64,000 nucleotides of DNA from an uncultured Gammaproteobacteria bacterium (GCA_964518565.1 CAZFGX010000001.1:75046-139045), one strand, 5' to 3'; positions 1-10,112 are shown, counted from the stretch's first letter. Notes: generated by a model from the letters alone, not told the origin. Translations and numbers: made by a program.

Positions 1-2060
1 ATCACATATCCAGCTCGACCTTGAGAGATGGATCGTAGTTTTGTGGCATAGCCAGACATTTCCGCCAGTGGTACGTATGCGACGATAATCGTCAGATTGG
101 CTCGTTTATCAGTGCCCAAAATCTGGGCTCGTTTAGAAGATAGATCTCCAATCACGTCTCCCATAAAGTCATCTGGAGTAGATACTTCGACTTTCATGAC
201 CGGTTCCAAAAGACATGGATCAGCTGTCTTAGTCGTATGTTGAAACGCCATAGAACCAGCAATCTTAAAGGCCATTTCAGACGAATCCACATCGTGGTAA
301 GAACCGTCATATAGAGTGATTTTTACGTCAGTAGTTGGGAATCCAGCCACGACCCCTGTTTCCATAGCTTCTTTGATACCTTTTTCTACTGCCGGAATAA
401 ACTCTCCAGGAATAGCACCACCTTTGATAGCGTTTACCCACTCGTAGCCACCGCCACGAGGAAGTGGTTCGATACGAATATTACAATGACCATACTGTCC
501 ACGACCTCCAGATTGGCGAATGTATTTGCCTTCACCTTCAGCCAGTTTCTTGACTGTTTCTTTGTAAGCGACTTGTGGTGCTCCAGTAGTAGCTTCTACG
601 TTAAACTCTCGCTTCATACGATCTACGATAATTTCCAAATGCAGCTCACCCATACCTGAAATAATTGTTTGTCCAGTTTCAGCATTTGCTTTAATTCGGA
701 AGGTTGGATCTTCATCTCCCAATTTATTCAATGCATAACCCATTTTTTCTTGATCAGATTTAGTCTTTGGCTCAATAGCGAGTGAAATAACCGGTTCAGG
801 GAAAGAAATAGACTCCAACACAATAGGTGCCGACTTGTCACAGAGCGTGTTTCCGGTCGTTGTATCCCGCAATCCTACCAGAGCTACGATTTCTCCAGCA
901 TAAGCAATATCGATTTCTTCTCGTTTGTTTGCATGCATTAAAAGCATTCGGGAAATACGCTCTTCTTTTTGTTTTGATGCGTTCCAAATAGGTTGTCCAG
1001 CCTTCAAACTTCCAGAATAAATACGCACATATGTTAATCGGCCTACGTGTGGGTCAGTCTGAATTTTAAAGGCAAGACCTGCAAACTTTTCTTCGTTTAC
1101 TGTTTTACGTTGTACTTCCTCACCAGTGTAAGGGTCAGATCCCTTTACATGATCTACATCGGCTGGAGAAGGTAAGTATTCTACAATTGCATCCAACATT
1201 GGCTGAACCCCTTTATTACGCAAACTAGCTCCCGCATACACTGGCACCAATTTGTAGGCAATGACTGCTCGACGTAAGGCTTTTTTCAAATCCGGCACGC
1301 TTGGTTCTTCACCATTTAAGAATCGAGACAACAATTCGTCATCAGTCTCACAAATCTGTTCAATTAGCTTTGCCCGCCATTTTTCTACCACTTCAGTCAT
1401 GTCGGCGGGGATCTCCTCTTCAGTATATTTGGCTCCAGTTTCATCTCCATGCCAAATCAGTGCCTTTCTCTCCAGTAGTAGCACTACACCTCGGAAGGTA
1501 TTTTCGGCCCCGACTGGATAGGCCATCACAGCTGGATTTGCGCCGAGTCGGTCGATTACTGCTCGAACTGTACCTTCAAAATTTGCCCCCAATTTATCAT
1601 TTTTGTTAATAAAAATGATTCGTGGCACTTTATATTTATCGGCTTGTCGCCAGACAGTTTCTGTCTGAGATTGCACAGTTTCTTCAGCATCCAACACAGT
1701 CACGGCTCCATCTAATACCCGCAGACTACGTTCCACTTCAGCGGTAAAGTCTACGTGACCTGGAGTATCAATCAAGTTAATACGGAAAGATTCATTACCC
1801 ACTGGGGAATTGGGATCTTTAACAGTCCAAAATGTCGTAGTAGCAGCAGAGACGATTGTGATTCCACGTTCTTTTTCTTGTTCCATCCAATCCATTTGGG
1901 TGTCACCATCATCAATATCACCAATCTTGTAGCTCTTGCCTGTATAAAATAAAATTCGTTCAGATGTTGTGGTTTTGCCGGCATCGATGTGCGCAATAAT
2001 GCCGATATTTCGGACTTGATCCAAAGGAACGATACGATTTGTTGTTTTTACGTCAGCCAT
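1..2060 (-). CDS. fusA: Elongation factor G (3' end outside the window)
   Basis: Not in the ORF track. The reverse strand from ATG at 2060 reads [41 protein letters not shown]...[24 protein letters not shown]...GMGELHLEI...[15 protein letters not shown] and stays open to the window edge. Confidence 0.97.
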   Translation of the reverse strand, partial: MADVKTTNRIVPLDQVRNIGIIAHIDAGKTTTSERILFYTGKSYKIGDIDDGDTQMDWMEQEKERGITIVSAATTTFWTVKDPNSPVGNESFRINLIDTPGHVDFTAEVERSLRVLDGAVTVLDAEETVQSQTETVWRQADKYKVPRIIFINKNDKLGANFEGTVRAVIDRLGANPAVMAYPVGAENTFRGVVLLLERKALIWHGDETGAKYTEEEIPADMTEVVEKWRAKLIEQICETDDELLSRFLNGEEPSVPDLKKALRRAVIAYKLVPVYAGASLRNKGVQPMLDAIVEYLPSPADVDHVKGSDPYTGEEVQRKTVNEEKFAGLAFKIQTDPHVGRLTYVRIYSGSLKAGQPIWNASKQKEERISRMLLMHANKREEIDIAYAGEIVALVGLRDTTTGNTLCDKSAPIVLESISFPEPVISLAIEPKTKSDQEKMGYALNKLGDEDPTFRIKANAETGQTIISGMGELHLEIIVDRMKREFNVEATTGAPQVAYKETVKKLAEGEGKYIRQSGGRGQYGHCNIRIEPLPRGGGYEWVNAIKGGAIPGEFIPAVEKGIKEAMETGVVAGFPTTDVKITLYDGSYHDVDSSEMAFKIAGSMAFQHTTKTADPCLLEPVMKVEVSTPDDFMGDVIGDLSSKRAQILGTDKRANLTIIVAYVPLAEMSGYATKLRSISQGRAGYV

Positions 2061-2088
2061 AAGTCAAAGAATTCTACCACAACCTCAA

Positions 2089-4626
2089 TTATTTCCACAG
2101 GTTCAAAAAACTCTTACTGTAAAGGGCCGCTCCAAACCATAACCAGTTTTGTTCATAGTAGTTCGTTGATTGTTTTAGACCGTCTCCATCAAAATATTCC
2201 CGGTACACTTGCCCAGCCAGCAACGGGTCAGTTTCGGAAAAAACGGCCAATGGGCCTGTCAGGGTAGATAGGGTAGAGTAGGGCACCTGCTCTCTGCCAG
2301 ACAAGTCATACTCCGCTACTACTCGTTTACCATTGTGCCATGTCGATCCAAAAAAACTCTGCATTACTTCAGTCAATTCAGATTTAGCTCGATCATCACC
2401 GAACCATTGTGCATCTATAGCTATACGAAAATACGCCCGAAATGCATCAAAGCCATACAGGTCAGCGCCCGATCCCATAAATCTCGACCCACTATAAAAT
2501 TGTCCAGTTTTTTTATCTATCCACAACCAATTAGGCATCAGTCCCACTGGCGACAGTGTTCGAATACGCCCATACGTCTCATATGTATCATCTACCAACT
2601 GCATCCACGGATGACCAGGATCTATTTGACTAAAAATCTTGTAATACGCTGGCGAGAAGTAAGATGGATTGATCAGATACCCATTTTCTCGGGCTAAGTC
2701 CGGCCCTGCGATCAAATAATACTTCCCCTGTATCAGTACAACTTCTCGTTTCCAGATATCAGAAGTTATTGTTTTTGCCGCCGTCAAATATGCTGGGTTG
2801 TTCCAACGCTTACTGGCAAATGCCAATGCAATTGCCGTGTCCAAATCAGCGTCACTTGCTGCGGCGGAATCTTTTAGTTGATTATCTTTCCATAGCCACG
2901 ACAACAATTTATCCGAATCACGAAATTGCATATGGTCTCGAGTCCATTGCCAGACGCCATCAAATGTCGCCTGGTCGTTCATCTGTACCGCTCGCAACAT
3001 GGCGTACGCCTGGCCTTCAGAAGTAGTTTGTTCGCTTTGTGGGTCAATAATTTGTCCGTAAGAATGAATAAAGCTGGATTTATAAAAATTCCACGAGTCT
3101 GTCAGCTGAATTTGTTCATCGCTGCGAACCTTATAAATCGCCATCCAATCCCCATTGGCGGAAATATGGCGCTCTACATTGACATAGGTGGTTGTATCCA
3201 TGCCCCATTGAGTAACCAGATCAGCGTGAGACAACGCGAGTTCTATTGTCGGAGCGTTGAGTTCGCCAATCTGTTTCAACATTTCATGACTCAAAACAAT
3301 GTAATCGATGGATCGCCAATCCCCCTGCAATTTTTTTTCAAACACATCTCGGTCTCGCGCCACCTTCCAAAACCAATCCGCATTCGCAAATGTGGGCTCG
3401 TCTGGATGTTTGCCATACCACAAGTCATCTAAGATCGACGCATCAATTGCCATATGTGAATCTTCTGGCAACGTTTGCTTAATATAATTCACCGCCTGAC
3501 GATATGGCTCGTTCTCATTTTTGTAGTAATGCTTTACTCCCATCAGTAAAAACGCCACCATGACAATACCCAACACAACTGCCCAATGCAGTTTTTTCAC
3601 CACCTGTTGCACAACCAACCCAAAACACCACCCCGCAAACGGAAATATCGGCACGATATAAAAATCAATCACTAAGGCATTGCGCAATAAGAAAAAACCA
3701 AATCCAGCAGCCAGCAGTGCTGGCAACCGAAATGTCTTATTCCATAATGCCAGTCCACTTGCTGCCAAAATACTCACTATTCCTCCCCACACCACAATCA
3801 CATCCCGGCTCACCCATGTTCGCCACGCCATTCGAAATAGACTATCTGGATGCCAAAAGGGGACATGTACTCCTCGTCCCAATTGTTGCATCAAACTACC
3901 AAGTAAGCTCACTCGATCTCGGCTATCACCTAGCCACCCCACTGGCAATAGTTCCGTCTTTAGCGCCCCGTACAAAAAATAGCTACCTACTACCATTCCT
4001 ACAATACTCAACCACAGTCCTATTCCCATCACTCGATGTCGTCTATCTAGTTGCCACAATAAATACACCATTCCAGGTAAAAAAAAGATAACCACTTCTT
4101 TAGTCAAGGCCGCAATCCCAAAACACACCGCCGACAACATAACATGTCGCAATGTTTTTTTACCCAAGTACAACCAACTAATAGCCGCCAACAACCAAAA
4201 CACCATAATATTGTCCAAAAGTACTCGTCGATGGTAATAAATTGCCAATGGCGAAATCGAAAAAAACACTACCGCCAATACCGCTGCCAAATGCCGCTGG
4301 CTGTGTTTGCGTACCAGCCAAAACAGCATCAACGAAGAAGCAATATGCAACACCAACATAAATACCCGACCAGTATCTACCGACATCCCAAATGTAAATA
4401 GCCCGCCAGTGGCCTTGATCCACCCAGCCAAAAAGATCCACCCAGCCGGCGCATGATCATACCAATAGGTATAAGGCGCCAATTTTCCCTGGCTCAGTAG
4501 TGACCACGCCTGTGAAATATATGTCCCTTCATCGTTTTCATAATACGGATAGTTGCGCATATTAAACCCATGCGCGACTGCCGCAATTACAAGAGCGACC
4601 AAGCAGATTTTCCAAGTCCTAGTCAT
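2089..4626 (-). CDS. Fusion of an ArnT/PMT-like (GT-C fold, GT39/GT83-like) membrane glycosyltransferase with a C-terminal GH8 glycoside hydrolase
   Basis: The N-terminal ~370 aa are polytopic with GT-C motifs (NDEGTY, YDHAPAG, LTKE). The C-terminal ~340 aa carry GH8/BcsZ motifs TTSEGQAYAM, ASDADL, NPSY and FDAFR. Confidence 0.85.
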   Translation of the reverse strand: MTRTWKICLVALVIAAVAHGFNMRNYPYYENDEGTYISQAWSLLSQGKLAPYTYWYDHAPAGWIFLAGWIKATGGLFTFGMSVDTGRVFMLVLHIASSLMLFWLVRKHSQRHLAAVLAVVFFSISPLAIYYHRRVLLDNIMVFWLLAAISWLYLGKKTLRHVMLSAVCFGIAALTKEVVIFFLPGMVYLLWQLDRRHRVMGIGLWLSIVGMVVGSYFLYGALKTELLPVGWLGDSRDRVSLLGSLMQQLGRGVHVPFWHPDSLFRMAWRTWVSRDVIVVWGGIVSILAASGLALWNKTFRLPALLAAGFGFFLLRNALVIDFYIVPIFPFAGWCFGLVVQQVVKKLHWAVVLGIVMVAFLLMGVKHYYKNENEPYRQAVNYIKQTLPEDSHMAIDASILDDLWYGKHPDEPTFANADWFWKVARDRDVFEKKLQGDWRSIDYIVLSHEMLKQIGELNAPTIELALSHADLVTQWGMDTTTYVNVERHISANGDWMAIYKVRSDEQIQLTDSWNFYKSSFIHSYGQIIDPQSEQTTSEGQAYAMLRAVQMNDQATFDGVWQWTRDHMQFRDSDKLLSWLWKDNQLKDSAAASDADLDTAIALAFASKRWNNPAYLTAAKTITSDIWKREVVLIQGKYYLIAGPDLARENGYLINPSYFSPAYYKIFSQIDPGHPWMQLVDDTYETYGRIRTLSPVGLMPNWLWIDKKTGQFYSGSRFMGSGADLYGFDAFRAYFRIAIDAQWFGDDRAKSELTEVMQSFFGSTWHNGKRVVAEYDLSGREQVPYSTLSTLTGPLAVFSETDPLLAGQVYREYFDGDGLKQSTNYYEQNWLWFGAALYSKSFLNLWK

Positions 4627-4627
4627 C

Positions 4628-5974
4628 TTATATTGTCAGGGGAACCTGACGATGTAAATTGTAATGGGTTGTCTTCTCCCATGCTAGATTGCGACTCAAA
4701 AATCTCACCCAGGCTCGAATGCCTGCAAACGCCAATATACATATATAAGGTAAGTAAGCCACAGTTATTTGCACAGGCATCCAGATGGGATATCCCAATC
4801 GAAAATCTCGACTAAATTGCCAAACTGCAATCTGAGTGACCACAAACTGTAATCCCAAAATTGCCAGTGGCAAAAACGACAACATGGCGACTGTCATCGG
4901 TAGGTGGTACAAGATTCCCACCATTGTCATAAATGGAGTCAAAAATAACAATCCCGCCAAGACCAATGGCAAAATGAGCAAATACCCTCCCAAGAATCGT
5001 TGCTTCCAAATCGGAAATCTCCACCAATCACCCTTACGCAGTATTTGTAAAAATCCTGTATTCCATCGAGTTCGTTGTTTAATAAACGACGCCACGTCAA
5101 TCGGTGTTTCTTCTTGAGTGGCATACGCTTCATGGTACACCACACTGGTTTTCGCCCCATGCAAACTCATTCGAATTCCAATATCCCCGTCTTCAGTCAA
5201 ACATGTCTCATCCCACCCACCGACCTCCAGTAGTCGTTCTCGTTTGAAAAATACCGTATTTCCACCCAATGGCACCACTCCTCGCTTTACAAACCAAGGC
5301 AAAATAGACTTAAACCAAAAATAATATTCCAGACAGTTTAACGCCGAAAACCATCGCGATCGATAATTCACCAGTTGCACTCCACCTTGCACTACATCAG
5401 CACTGTCTCGCACCATGGTAGCTTGTACCATGTGGTAAATATCCCGGTGTGGCTGGTCTTCTGCGTCAAATACCACCACCACATCGCCCTTTGCTGCTCG
5501 CAGCCCCCAATTCAGTTGGTTAGGTTTGTTTACAGGTAAATCATCTACCACTAGTACATGTACCCGCGACAATTGATCTGCCATTTGCTGCGCTGCCGCA
5601 ATAGTCTCTGTGTCATCCGAACGGACAATTACGATCAATTCTTTCAATTGATCTGGATAATCAATTGCGGCAATCGCCGTAATAGTTTGCCCAATCACAG
5701 CGGCCTCATGTCGTACTGGTAACAAAGCCGTAAATGATAGCTGTGCCGGTACAAAATCTGCCAATTCCGTTTCTTTCGGTTCATTCCAAGCATGCAGTGT
5801 CCAACCCAAAAACACCAGCGCCTGAATCGCCATAGCCAAGTAAAACACTGCCAGTCCTCCCACAATCAGCTGACTCACAGTTACCAGCGACCAATCAATC
5901 TGTCCACCACGCCACACCAGCCATCCCAAAAGAATAGCTGCAATCAAATAAGGAAACCGCAAATATTTTTTCAT
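4628..5974 (-). CDS. Processive GT2 glycosyltransferase, cellulose-synthase/IcaA-like
   Basis: Motifs DAED, TEDGD and QRTRW (D,D,D,QxxRW), with N- and C-terminal TM helices. Start placed at ATG 5974 (alternative 5989) because the ORF-track start lies inside the upstream terminator. Confidence 0.88.
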   Translation of the reverse strand: MKKYLRFPYLIAAILLGWLVWRGGQIDWSLVTVSQLIVGGLAVFYLAMAIQALVFLGWTLHAWNEPKETELADFVPAQLSFTALLPVRHEAAVIGQTITAIAAIDYPDQLKELIVIVRSDDTETIAAAQQMADQLSRVHVLVVDDLPVNKPNQLNWGLRAAKGDVVVVFDAEDQPHRDIYHMVQATMVRDSADVVQGGVQLVNYRSRWFSALNCLEYYFWFKSILPWFVKRGVVPLGGNTVFFKRERLLEVGGWDETCLTEDGDIGIRMSLHGAKTSVVYHEAYATQEETPIDVASFIKQRTRWNTGFLQILRKGDWWRFPIWKQRFLGGYLLILPLVLAGLLFLTPFMTMVGILYHLPMTVAMLSFLPLAILGLQFVVTQIAVWQFSRDFRLGYPIWMPVQITVAYLPYICILAFAGIRAWVRFLSRNLAWEKTTHYNLHRQVPLTI

Positions 5975-5994
5975 AAAAAAATAATTCATCGAAG

Positions 5995-6039
5995 AAAAAA
6001 GTTGGGGTTGGGAGCACGTTGCCCCCAACCCCAAAAAAA
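5995..6039 (-). terminator. Intrinsic terminator after the secreted-protein gene
   Basis: Minus strand reads TTGGGGTTGGGGGCA-ACG-TGCTCCCAACCCCAA followed by CTTTTTT. Confidence 0.8.
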
Positions 6040-7320
6040 CTAACGTATTACCATCGGCACAAACAGTCCGTATTTGAACTGTAAGCCAACGGAAATGCTT
6101 TGCGTAGACTCTGTCAACACAGTAGTGGTTCCTAGTTCATCCACTGTGCTATCACCGCCCACCACAAACTTGTATCCATCTGGCGCGCTCACCGTCACCG
6201 TGTAAGGGTTCTCGGGGCATCCCAGCGCAGTGCAATCAATCTGTTTAAACTGCGTATTGATATACCCCTGATCCACAGTCGTCGTGGTAAATGCGAAAGT
6301 CGAACTGACGTTGACCGTCACCGTGATGCCATCTGGCCCCACCGTATGATCATTGTTCAATCCGTCCCGATTCGTATCGATCCACAACCGACCATAGATA
6401 GTCGTGGTTTGTTCCAGTGTCGGAGAAATCGCGGTTTCAATCCAACCGATATTGGTCCAGTCATTAAATGCTGGTCCAAATCGACTCGAATAGTTATCCA
6501 GATTCACTTCCAATGCGCCAGTCAAAATCACCCCTGCGGATAGTTCTTGATCTTGACCATCATGCGCCAAGATCATCCAGCCGTTACTAAGGCCAGACAC
6601 ATATGTCACATCGTGGCTTGGATCCCAGCCGAGCGCATCCTTTTCCAAAGGGAGTCGAAATCCTGAAAACGTCTTGGCTCCCAGATCAACCGTTTCCAAC
6701 ACATACGGCGTCCCGCTGACCACATTAGTCAAGGTCATGCCATATGTATTAGCCACCAGTTGGATTACTCCACCTGGCGCTTTGATATCCAGAGCTGGAC
6801 TATGCTCCATCAATGTCAGGTGTAGATCGCATTGCTGCTGCATCCACACGCTATCAATGAAGTCATTCCATGCCCCAAACTGAAAACGTGGAACACCAAG
6901 GGTATCCAACTCGACCGTAAAAAAGTCCGTCGGTCGAATCGAGAAAAACGCCTTGCCGCCATCGCGGCTACCAGCAAACATTGTCAAACACGAGGTTCGC
7001 CCCTCAATGTAGGAAATACTTGTGGTAATTGGTGCACTCCATTGTGCTGGCGTCGTGCCTGGTAGTTGCACGCCTCGAAAGCTCATTAGTGGCAATTTTT
7101 CTACCGCCACACTCGGTGCCAACTGCGTATCAGTCAACACGTTCGACACCCGAAAGCCATCCGAGTCTGCATGAATTCCAAGGATGTATCCTCGGTTTAA
7201 TCCATGCTGATACAGACCCACGTCTGTGTACGCATACTGCAAGACTGGCTCGGCTGCCCGTACAGGCATAAACGAAAACAGACTCAACAAAACAGCCATG
7301 AATACACTTGCAAACCGCAT
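6040..7320 (-). CDS. Secreted protein with a C-terminal SdrD B-like domain and a Chloroflexi-type tail
   Basis: GGAGG SD before ATG 7320. Signal peptide MRFASVFMAVLLSLFSFMPVRA. SdrD-B-like segment IYGRLWIDTNRDG...YTVTVSAPDGY...DSTVD. Ends KYGLFVPMVIR. Confidence 0.7.
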   Translation of the reverse strand: MRFASVFMAVLLSLFSFMPVRAAEPVLQYAYTDVGLYQHGLNRGYILGIHADSDGFRVSNVLTDTQLAPSVAVEKLPLMSFRGVQLPGTTPAQWSAPITTSISYIEGRTSCLTMFAGSRDGGKAFFSIRPTDFFTVELDTLGVPRFQFGAWNDFIDSVWMQQQCDLHLTLMEHSPALDIKAPGGVIQLVANTYGMTLTNVVSGTPYVLETVDLGAKTFSGFRLPLEKDALGWDPSHDVTYVSGLSNGWMILAHDGQDQELSAGVILTGALEVNLDNYSSRFGPAFNDWTNIGWIETAISPTLEQTTTIYGRLWIDTNRDGLNNDHTVGPDGITVTVNVSSTFAFTTTTVDQGYINTQFKQIDCTALGCPENPYTVTVSAPDGYKFVVGGDSTVDELGTTTVLTESTQSISVGLQFKYGLFVPMVIR

Positions 7321-7460
7321 ATCGCCTCCAAAAATGAATGAATGAAAAACCATTAATACGTCGCAATATGTGCTACTTTGTACTTCGATGAATTGTTAAG
7401 GAACCTCTCAAATTATCCCATAAAATAGCAAGAAAATCAACACTATAGGATATAGACGCC

Positions 7461-7487
7461 TTAGCACTCATAGAGTAGAATTGCCAA
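7461..7487 (+). promoter_or_regulatory. CIRCE element (HrcA operator)
   Basis: TTAGCACTC-N9-AATTGCCAA versus consensus TTAGCACTC-N9-GAGTGCTAA (left arm 9/9, right arm 6/9), directly upstream of the dnaJ-like gene. Confidence 0.75.
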
Positions 7488-7493
7488 TATACT

Positions 7494-8366
7494 ATGGCTG
7501 CAAAACGCGATTACTATGACGTCTTAGGTGTGCCCAAAACAGCTTCAGCTCAAGAACTAAAGTCCGCTTATCGAAAATTAGCGCTGGAATGGCACCCCGA
7601 TCGCAACAAATCTCCTGAAGCCGAGGCCAAATTCAAAGAAATAAACGAAGCCTATCAAGTCCTCTCAGATGCCAAGAAAAAAGCTTCCTACGATCAATTT
7701 GGCCATGCCGCCTTCGATCCTTCATCTGGCGGTCCAGGTGGCTTTGGTGGCCGCCAAGGTCCGTTCCAATATTCTTATTCCACCAGCGGTGGCGGCAACC
7801 CCTTCGGTAATATGGATTTTGGTGGCTTTGGTGACCCATTTGAGATTTTTGAACAGTTTTTTGGCGGTGGCGGCAACCCCTTCGGTCGCTCTGCTCCACG
7901 AAAAGCCCACTATTCACTCAAAATTCCATTCATGACCGCCATCAAGGGTGGTGAGGAAGAAGTCAAAATCGATGGCAAATCTCACAAAATCAAAATTCCC
8001 GCCGGTGCAGATACTGGGACCCATCTGCGGTTCAAAGATTTTGATATCACCTTTGAAGTCGAAGAACATGCCAAGTTTCGCCGCGAAGGTGCCGACATCT
8101 ATCTGGATCAGCCCATTCCATACACCTTAGCTATTCTCGGTGGCGAGACCACTATTCCGACGCTAGAAGGTGATCTAAAAATCAAAATTCGTTCTGGTAC
8201 TCAACCAGGCACCCTCGTTCGTCTGACTGGCAAAGGCATCACGCGTCTGAACTCCTTTTCTCGCGAGAGTCGGGGAGACTTCTACATTCGTCTAGTAGTC
8301 ACTATTCCTGAATCTGTATCCAAAAAACACCGCCAACTCTTAGAAGAGTTAGCTAAAACCGGTTAA
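7494..8366 (+). CDS. dnaJ: DnaJ-family co-chaperone, class B/CbpA-like (no zinc finger)
   Basis: J domain with HPD, a G/F-rich linker and a DnaJ C-terminal domain. No CxxCxGxG repeats. Confidence 0.9.
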   Translation: MAAKRDYYDVLGVPKTASAQELKSAYRKLALEWHPDRNKSPEAEAKFKEINEAYQVLSDAKKKASYDQFGHAAFDPSSGGPGGFGGRQGPFQYSYSTSGGGNPFGNMDFGGFGDPFEIFEQFFGGGGNPFGRSAPRKAHYSLKIPFMTAIKGGEEEVKIDGKSHKIKIPAGADTGTHLRFKDFDITFEVEEHAKFRREGADIYLDQPIPYTLAILGGETTIPTLEGDLKIKIRSGTQPGTLVRLTGKGITRLNSFSRESRGDFYIRLVVTIPESVSKKHRQLLEELAKTG

Positions 8367-8498
8367 ATAATCTTGAATAAATTTTTTTGTTCTCTGCGTT
8401 TCTAAATCATAATTTTGGTCGCTCAAAACCAGACAAAATCCAGCCAACTGACTAGCCTCTTCACCTTTTTCCAACTTTAATAGAATCAAATGTAAACA

Positions 8499-9275
8499 TT
8501 ATTGTTTCTCAATAAATTTAATCAAATCATTTAGTTTATTCTTCTGAAGATCTAAACATTCCACAAAATATTTTTGTGTCATAAACGATGTTGGGTCAAA
8601 TAATGCCGAGATATTATTTTTATCAATTTCGAGCCATAACTTCATCAGTTCTGAATAAATAGCCGATAAATCCTCCGAACGCTTTCCAGAAAAACACTCC
8701 TGACTAACGCGTTCTAATCTTAAGCTCGTATCTCCTGGAAAAAACTCCACAAAGCCATCCATAAATAGTTCCGCCCCCTGAGCAAACCCCACATTCCCAA
8801 CACACTTTAAAGATGTTTCAATCAAGGCAAGCAGTCGTGAGACAAATGCCGAATAATTTGTATCGCGATCTTCACAATGTAGTCTTTTTTCAAACAAAAA
8901 TTGCTTTGTATTTCTATGTCTTTCACAAAAGTCATGCAGTTCCAGTAAGAGGTCTTGTTTAAATTTTTCTGCTTTCTCTGGATAGGTATCAAGATAATAG
9001 GGAATATCCGCCAATCGTTCACAGACATCTGCTAGGTCTGAATATAACTGCTTGCTACCATTTTTATTAACAAGGCTAAGTGAAATATAGTGCCCTGCAT
9101 CAATCAAATCATCAAAATCACACATCTCAGTAAAGTATTGATCAGCCACAAAAATTAGCAGTTCTACTTTCCGGTCATAGGACAAATTTTTCACATCCGA
9201 ATCAGTTCCAAACCGTTGCAAATAGAGATCGATCCCAGACAAGTGAGGGTTCTTGGAGGTGTTTTTATGGTCCAT
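8499..9275 (-). CDS. Hypothetical helical protein
   Basis: Long AT-rich ORF. Start set at ATG 9275, 9 nt after a TATAAT. No family recognised. Confidence 0.65.
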   Translation of the reverse strand: MDHKNTSKNPHLSGIDLYLQRFGTDSDVKNLSYDRKVELLIFVADQYFTEMCDFDDLIDAGHYISLSLVNKNGSKQLYSDLADVCERLADIPYYLDTYPEKAEKFKQDLLLELHDFCERHRNTKQFLFEKRLHCEDRDTNYSAFVSRLLALIETSLKCVGNVGFAQGAELFMDGFVEFFPGDTSLRLERVSQECFSGKRSEDLSAIYSELMKLWLEIDKNNISALFDPTSFMTQKYFVECLDLQKNKLNDLIKFIEKQ

Positions 9276-9291
9276 ATTCCACAAATTATAC

Positions 9292-9319
9292 AAAAAAGCC
9301 CAACAGTTTCCTGTTGGGC
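9292..9319 (-). terminator. Intrinsic terminator after the Cys-repeat gene
   Basis: GCCCAACAG-GAAA-CTGTTGGGC followed by TTTTTT on the minus strand. Confidence 0.75.
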
Positions 9320-9329
9320 GGCTATTTTT

Positions 9330-10112
9330 TTAATCATCGTTTCCGAAAAGACTAAAGGGCTTATTAGCTTTATAGCTTGCTCTCTGGCCGTTTTCTTTAT
9401 ATCCATACTCTATCCCATGTTCATTAAGAACCTCGTTCGAAAATTTATGGAAGTCAGCCGATACTCGAAAGTGGTCAGAATATACAGTTATATGCCAATA
9501 GTCTGGACCTAAACGAGAATCCGCCTCCTTTCTAGAACTACCTGTAGATTGACGCCAATATGTCGCAAGAGCCGAGTTTGCAACAAATTGGTAATTAGAC
9601 CTCTTAGACATCTCTAAACATCTTTTACAATAGTCGGGCTGCGAAACCCAATCATGATGATATTTTACTTGATTACCACATCTCGAATTTGCACAGTCTT
9701 TTTCAGACCATCCTTTACACTTAGAACAGTATTTGGGAATCGAATGTGCAGTATCGTGATACTTAATTTCCCCACCACAATTTGGACAATTAACATAACG
9801 AAACCCCTTACACTCATTACAATACTCCGGTACATTGTCCCATTTATCGTGGAATCGTAAATCTCTTTGACAATCAGGATTTTTACAAGTCTTAGTGCGC
9901 CAGCCTCGACAGTTATTGCAATACTCAGGTATTCGATCCCAAAAAACCTTATAAGACACCTCACCATAACAATCAGGATTTGCGCAATTTTTTGTACACA
10001 GCTCATTGCAGCTCCTGCAGTATTCCGGAATTTTGTTCCAGTCATACCGATAGCTAATATCGGTTCCACAGTGCTTACAACTCGTCGTACCCCAATAATC
10101 TTCCCGTGCCAT
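9330..10112 (-). CDS. Protein with five tandem Cx2-4C-x16-Cx2C zinc-ribbon repeats and an unknown C-terminal domain
   Basis: Repeats resembling C..C...I.Y...W..IPEYC..C are visible in the translation. AGGAGG SD at 10121-10126. Confidence 0.8.
   Translation of the reverse strand: MAREDYWGTTSCKHCGTDISYRYDWNKIPEYCRSCNELCTKNCANPDCYGEVSYKVFWDRIPEYCNNCRGWRTKTCKNPDCQRDLRFHDKWDNVPEYCNECKGFRYVNCPNCGGEIKYHDTAHSIPKYCSKCKGWSEKDCANSRCGNQVKYHHDWVSQPDYCKRCLEMSKRSNYQFVANSALATYWRQSTGSSRKEADSRLGPDYWHITVYSDHFRVSADFHKFSNEVLNEHGIEYGYKENGQRASYKANKPFSLFGNDD

Noticed and set aside
1261-2267. Short plus-strand ORFs in the track
   Set aside because: Antisense shadows of fusA. The same applies to most 60-150 aa ORFs overlapping long genes across the window.
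7786-7887. About 23 nt direct repeat GCGGTGGCGGCAACCCCTTCGGT, two copies
   Set aside because: In-frame GGGNPFG duplication in the DnaJ G/F linker. Only two copies, so not a CRISPR array or mobile-element repeat.
9330-10112. Multiheme cytochrome or CRISPR-like repeat
   Set aside because: No CxxCH motifs or signal peptide, and the repeats are divergent at the DNA level.
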